NCBI GenBank assembly: GCA_965203905.1
Contig: CBDBDQ010000005.1
Coordinates: 1,888,001 to 1,952,000, forward strand
Direction of reading: 5' to 3'
From: Spirochaetia bacterium
Lineage (GTDB): Bacteria > Spirochaetota > Spirochaetia > SZUA-6 > Bin103
DNA: 64,000 nucleotides
The notes below the pieces were generated by a model. The model did not search any database and was not told the DNA's origin. It worked only from the letters and a program-made list of their open reading frames with translations. Position 1 is the first letter of the stretch. Every line of letters begins with the position of its first letter. The position numbers were made by a program, and so were the translations under genes. Shown here piece by piece: positions 62,186 through 64,000 of this stretch.

Positions 62186-63358
62186 ATGAGACGTATTGTA
62201 ACAGGCCTATTGATGTTGCTGATGCCGCTTGGCGTTGCGTTCGCGGACGAGGTCAAGCTGGGAGTGCTGCTCGGCTTCACCGGCCCGATCGAGTCGTTGG
62301 TCGGACCCATGGCGGCCGGCGCAGATCTGGCGATCAAGGAGGTAAGCGACAGCGGCGCGCTGCTCGGTGGCAGGCAGGTCGTCTCCGTGCGCGGCGATAC
62401 CACTTGCATCGATTCCGCCGCGGCAGTAGCGGCTGCCGAGCGGCTGGTGACCGCGGAGCGGGTCGACGCCATCGTCGGCGGTGACTGCTCGGGCGTAACC
62501 ATCGCCATGCTGCAGCAGGTGGCCAAGCCCAACGGCATCGTGATGATCTCCCCATCGGCCACCTCGCCGGCGCTGTCGACGATCGAAGACGACGGGCTGT
62601 TCTTCCGCACCGCGCCGTCGGATGCCCGGCAGGGAGAGGTAGTGGCCGACATCCTGCAGGAGATGGACATCCACGAAGCGGCCATGACCTATACCAACAA
62701 CGACTACGGCAAGGGCCTGGCGGACAGCATCCAGGCCAACTTCGAGCAGCGCGGCGGGCATATCACCATCTCCACCCCGCATGAGGACGGCAAGGGCGAC
62801 TACAGTGCCGAGGTCGGCGCTCTGGCGGCGGTCGGCGGCGACATCCTGATCGTGGCCGGCTACCTCGACCAGGGCGGCAAGGGGATCATCCAGGCCTCGC
62901 TCGATTCCGGTGCATTCGACCAGTTCTTTCTCCCCGACGGCATGATCGGCGAGAGCCTGGTGGAGGCGATCGGACCCGATCTGAACGGTTCGATCGGATC
63001 CGTGCCCGGAACCGACAGTCCCGGTGTCGCACGGCTCGGAGAGCTGCTCGGGATGGCGCCAGCGCCGTTCGTGGGCGAATCGTACGATGCGGCCGCGCTG
63101 ATCCTGCTGGCCATGCAGGCGGCAGGATCGGTGGAGAGCGGCGCGTTCAAGGACCACGTAATGGCGGTCGCCAACGCCCCCGGCGAGAAGATCTTTCCCG
63201 GCGAGCTGGCGAAGGCGCTCGGCATCCTCGCCGACGGTGGTGCCGTAGACTATGTTGGTGCGTCGGCGGTCGAGCTGGTGGGCGCGGGTGAGAGCGCCGG
63301 CAACTATCGGCAGATGGCAGTCGAAGACGGCAAGCTCGTAACCGTCCGCTTCCGCTGA
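62186..63358 (+). CDS. Branched-chain amino-acid ABC transporter substrate-binding protein
   Basis: Signal peptide; LGVLLGFTGPIES, ISPSATSPAL, FFRTAPSDARQG, NNDYGKGLA. Confidence 0.93.
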   Translation: MRRIVTGLLMLLMPLGVAFADEVKLGVLLGFTGPIESLVGPMAAGADLAIKEVSDSGALLGGRQVVSVRGDTTCIDSAAAVAAAERLVTAERVDAIVGGDCSGVTIAMLQQVAKPNGIVMISPSATSPALSTIEDDGLFFRTAPSDARQGEVVADILQEMDIHEAAMTYTNNDYGKGLADSIQANFEQRGGHITISTPHEDGKGDYSAEVGALAAVGGDILIVAGYLDQGGKGIIQASLDSGAFDQFFLPDGMIGESLVEAIGPDLNGSIGSVPGTDSPGVARLGELLGMAPAPFVGESYDAAALILLAMQAAGSVESGAFKDHVMAVANAPGEKIFPGELAKALGILADGGAVDYVGASAVELVGAGESAGNYRQMAVEDGKLVTVRFR

Positions 63359-63622
63359 TCCGATAGCGGTGCGCTAATTGCGGCTATTCCATGCCTGCCA
63401 GGACCGGGAACGGCGTGCTCGTACCCCGTTCCCGGTCCTGATTCCAGGATCCTACGTGTATGGCCCCGTCGAACATCTCGTACTCGACGATATCGGGTCG
63501 CGCCTCGGCAAGCCGGTCGCTGAGCAATACGGGCACCCGAGAGTCGGCGGTAGTGTCCCAGTTCGAAATTATAGGCAGCCCCGGAAGGGGCTGATCGCTA
63601 CGACTCAGACAACAGGAGTAAG

Positions 63623-64000
63623 CTATGAATATTCGTCATCGACAATCGCGCCAGGCGCGCCCGGACCTCGCCTCCATGAAATGTGATGATCTAGTACACA
63701 TTCGAAATAATCGAGGACCTTCTGCACGGGTCGCTGGGCCTCTTCCGAGAGTGTCGCCTGAGCGGCTGGAAGCACTCGCGCGCGTACTCGGTAAAAGGCC
63801 TCTCGTTGCCCCGAGTACTCCACTTCCTGCTCAGCCATCTCCCAAAACACCTGTGCAATAAGGCCCATCACGAGGAGCATAGCTTCGACCGTTTCAGTCG
63901 GTCGGACGCTGTGTTCCTCGGCTACTTCTTCCAGCGCCGCTCGGCGCGCTGCATGTCCTTCTTCCATTCTTGAGTTAGCCTCCGACCTCAATTCTTATAT
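63623..64000 (-). CDS. Hypothetical protein, probably entering from the right edge
   Basis: Open frame reaching the window end. Confidence 0.45.

Overview
High-GC bacterial chromosome segment, probably from a spirochaete (inferred from the ymdB-rpoN-hpf-hprK gene order, the HprK N-terminus and an M30-like lipoprotein). Housekeeping genes lie at both ends: hprK, hpf, rpoN, ymdB and chrA at 1-5.2 kb, and a branched-chain amino-acid ABC binding protein at 62.2-63.4 kb. Between them is a mosaic, partly decayed genomic island of about 56 kb (roughly 6.0-62.1 kb). It has five parts. (i) A defence-rich left part: an N4-type MTase with McrB and McrC homologues, an MTase-HNH fusion, an IS1595 with passenger genes, an Ig-repeat nuclease, a sacsin/NO VEIN-type ATPase-DUF3883 protein, hicBA, a DUF4238-like gene and a truncated group II intron. 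(ii) A phage/satellite-like primase-helicase. (iii) A divergent operon of small genes (RadC, Ssb and others) ending in an intact tyrosine recombinase. (iv) A second satellite-like replicon remnant with VapE, an iteron origin and HTH paralogues. (v) Degenerate repeated backbone units, each carrying a different secreted cargo gene. The most unusual observation is four tRNA-mimicking modules (acceptor stem plus T-arm, one a full cloverleaf) in intergenic gaps of the 37.3-45.1 kb operon. Each lies just upstream of an RBS and the last precedes the integrase. All calls come from reading motifs by eye, with no database searches. The several single-base frameshifts could be real decay or assembly error.
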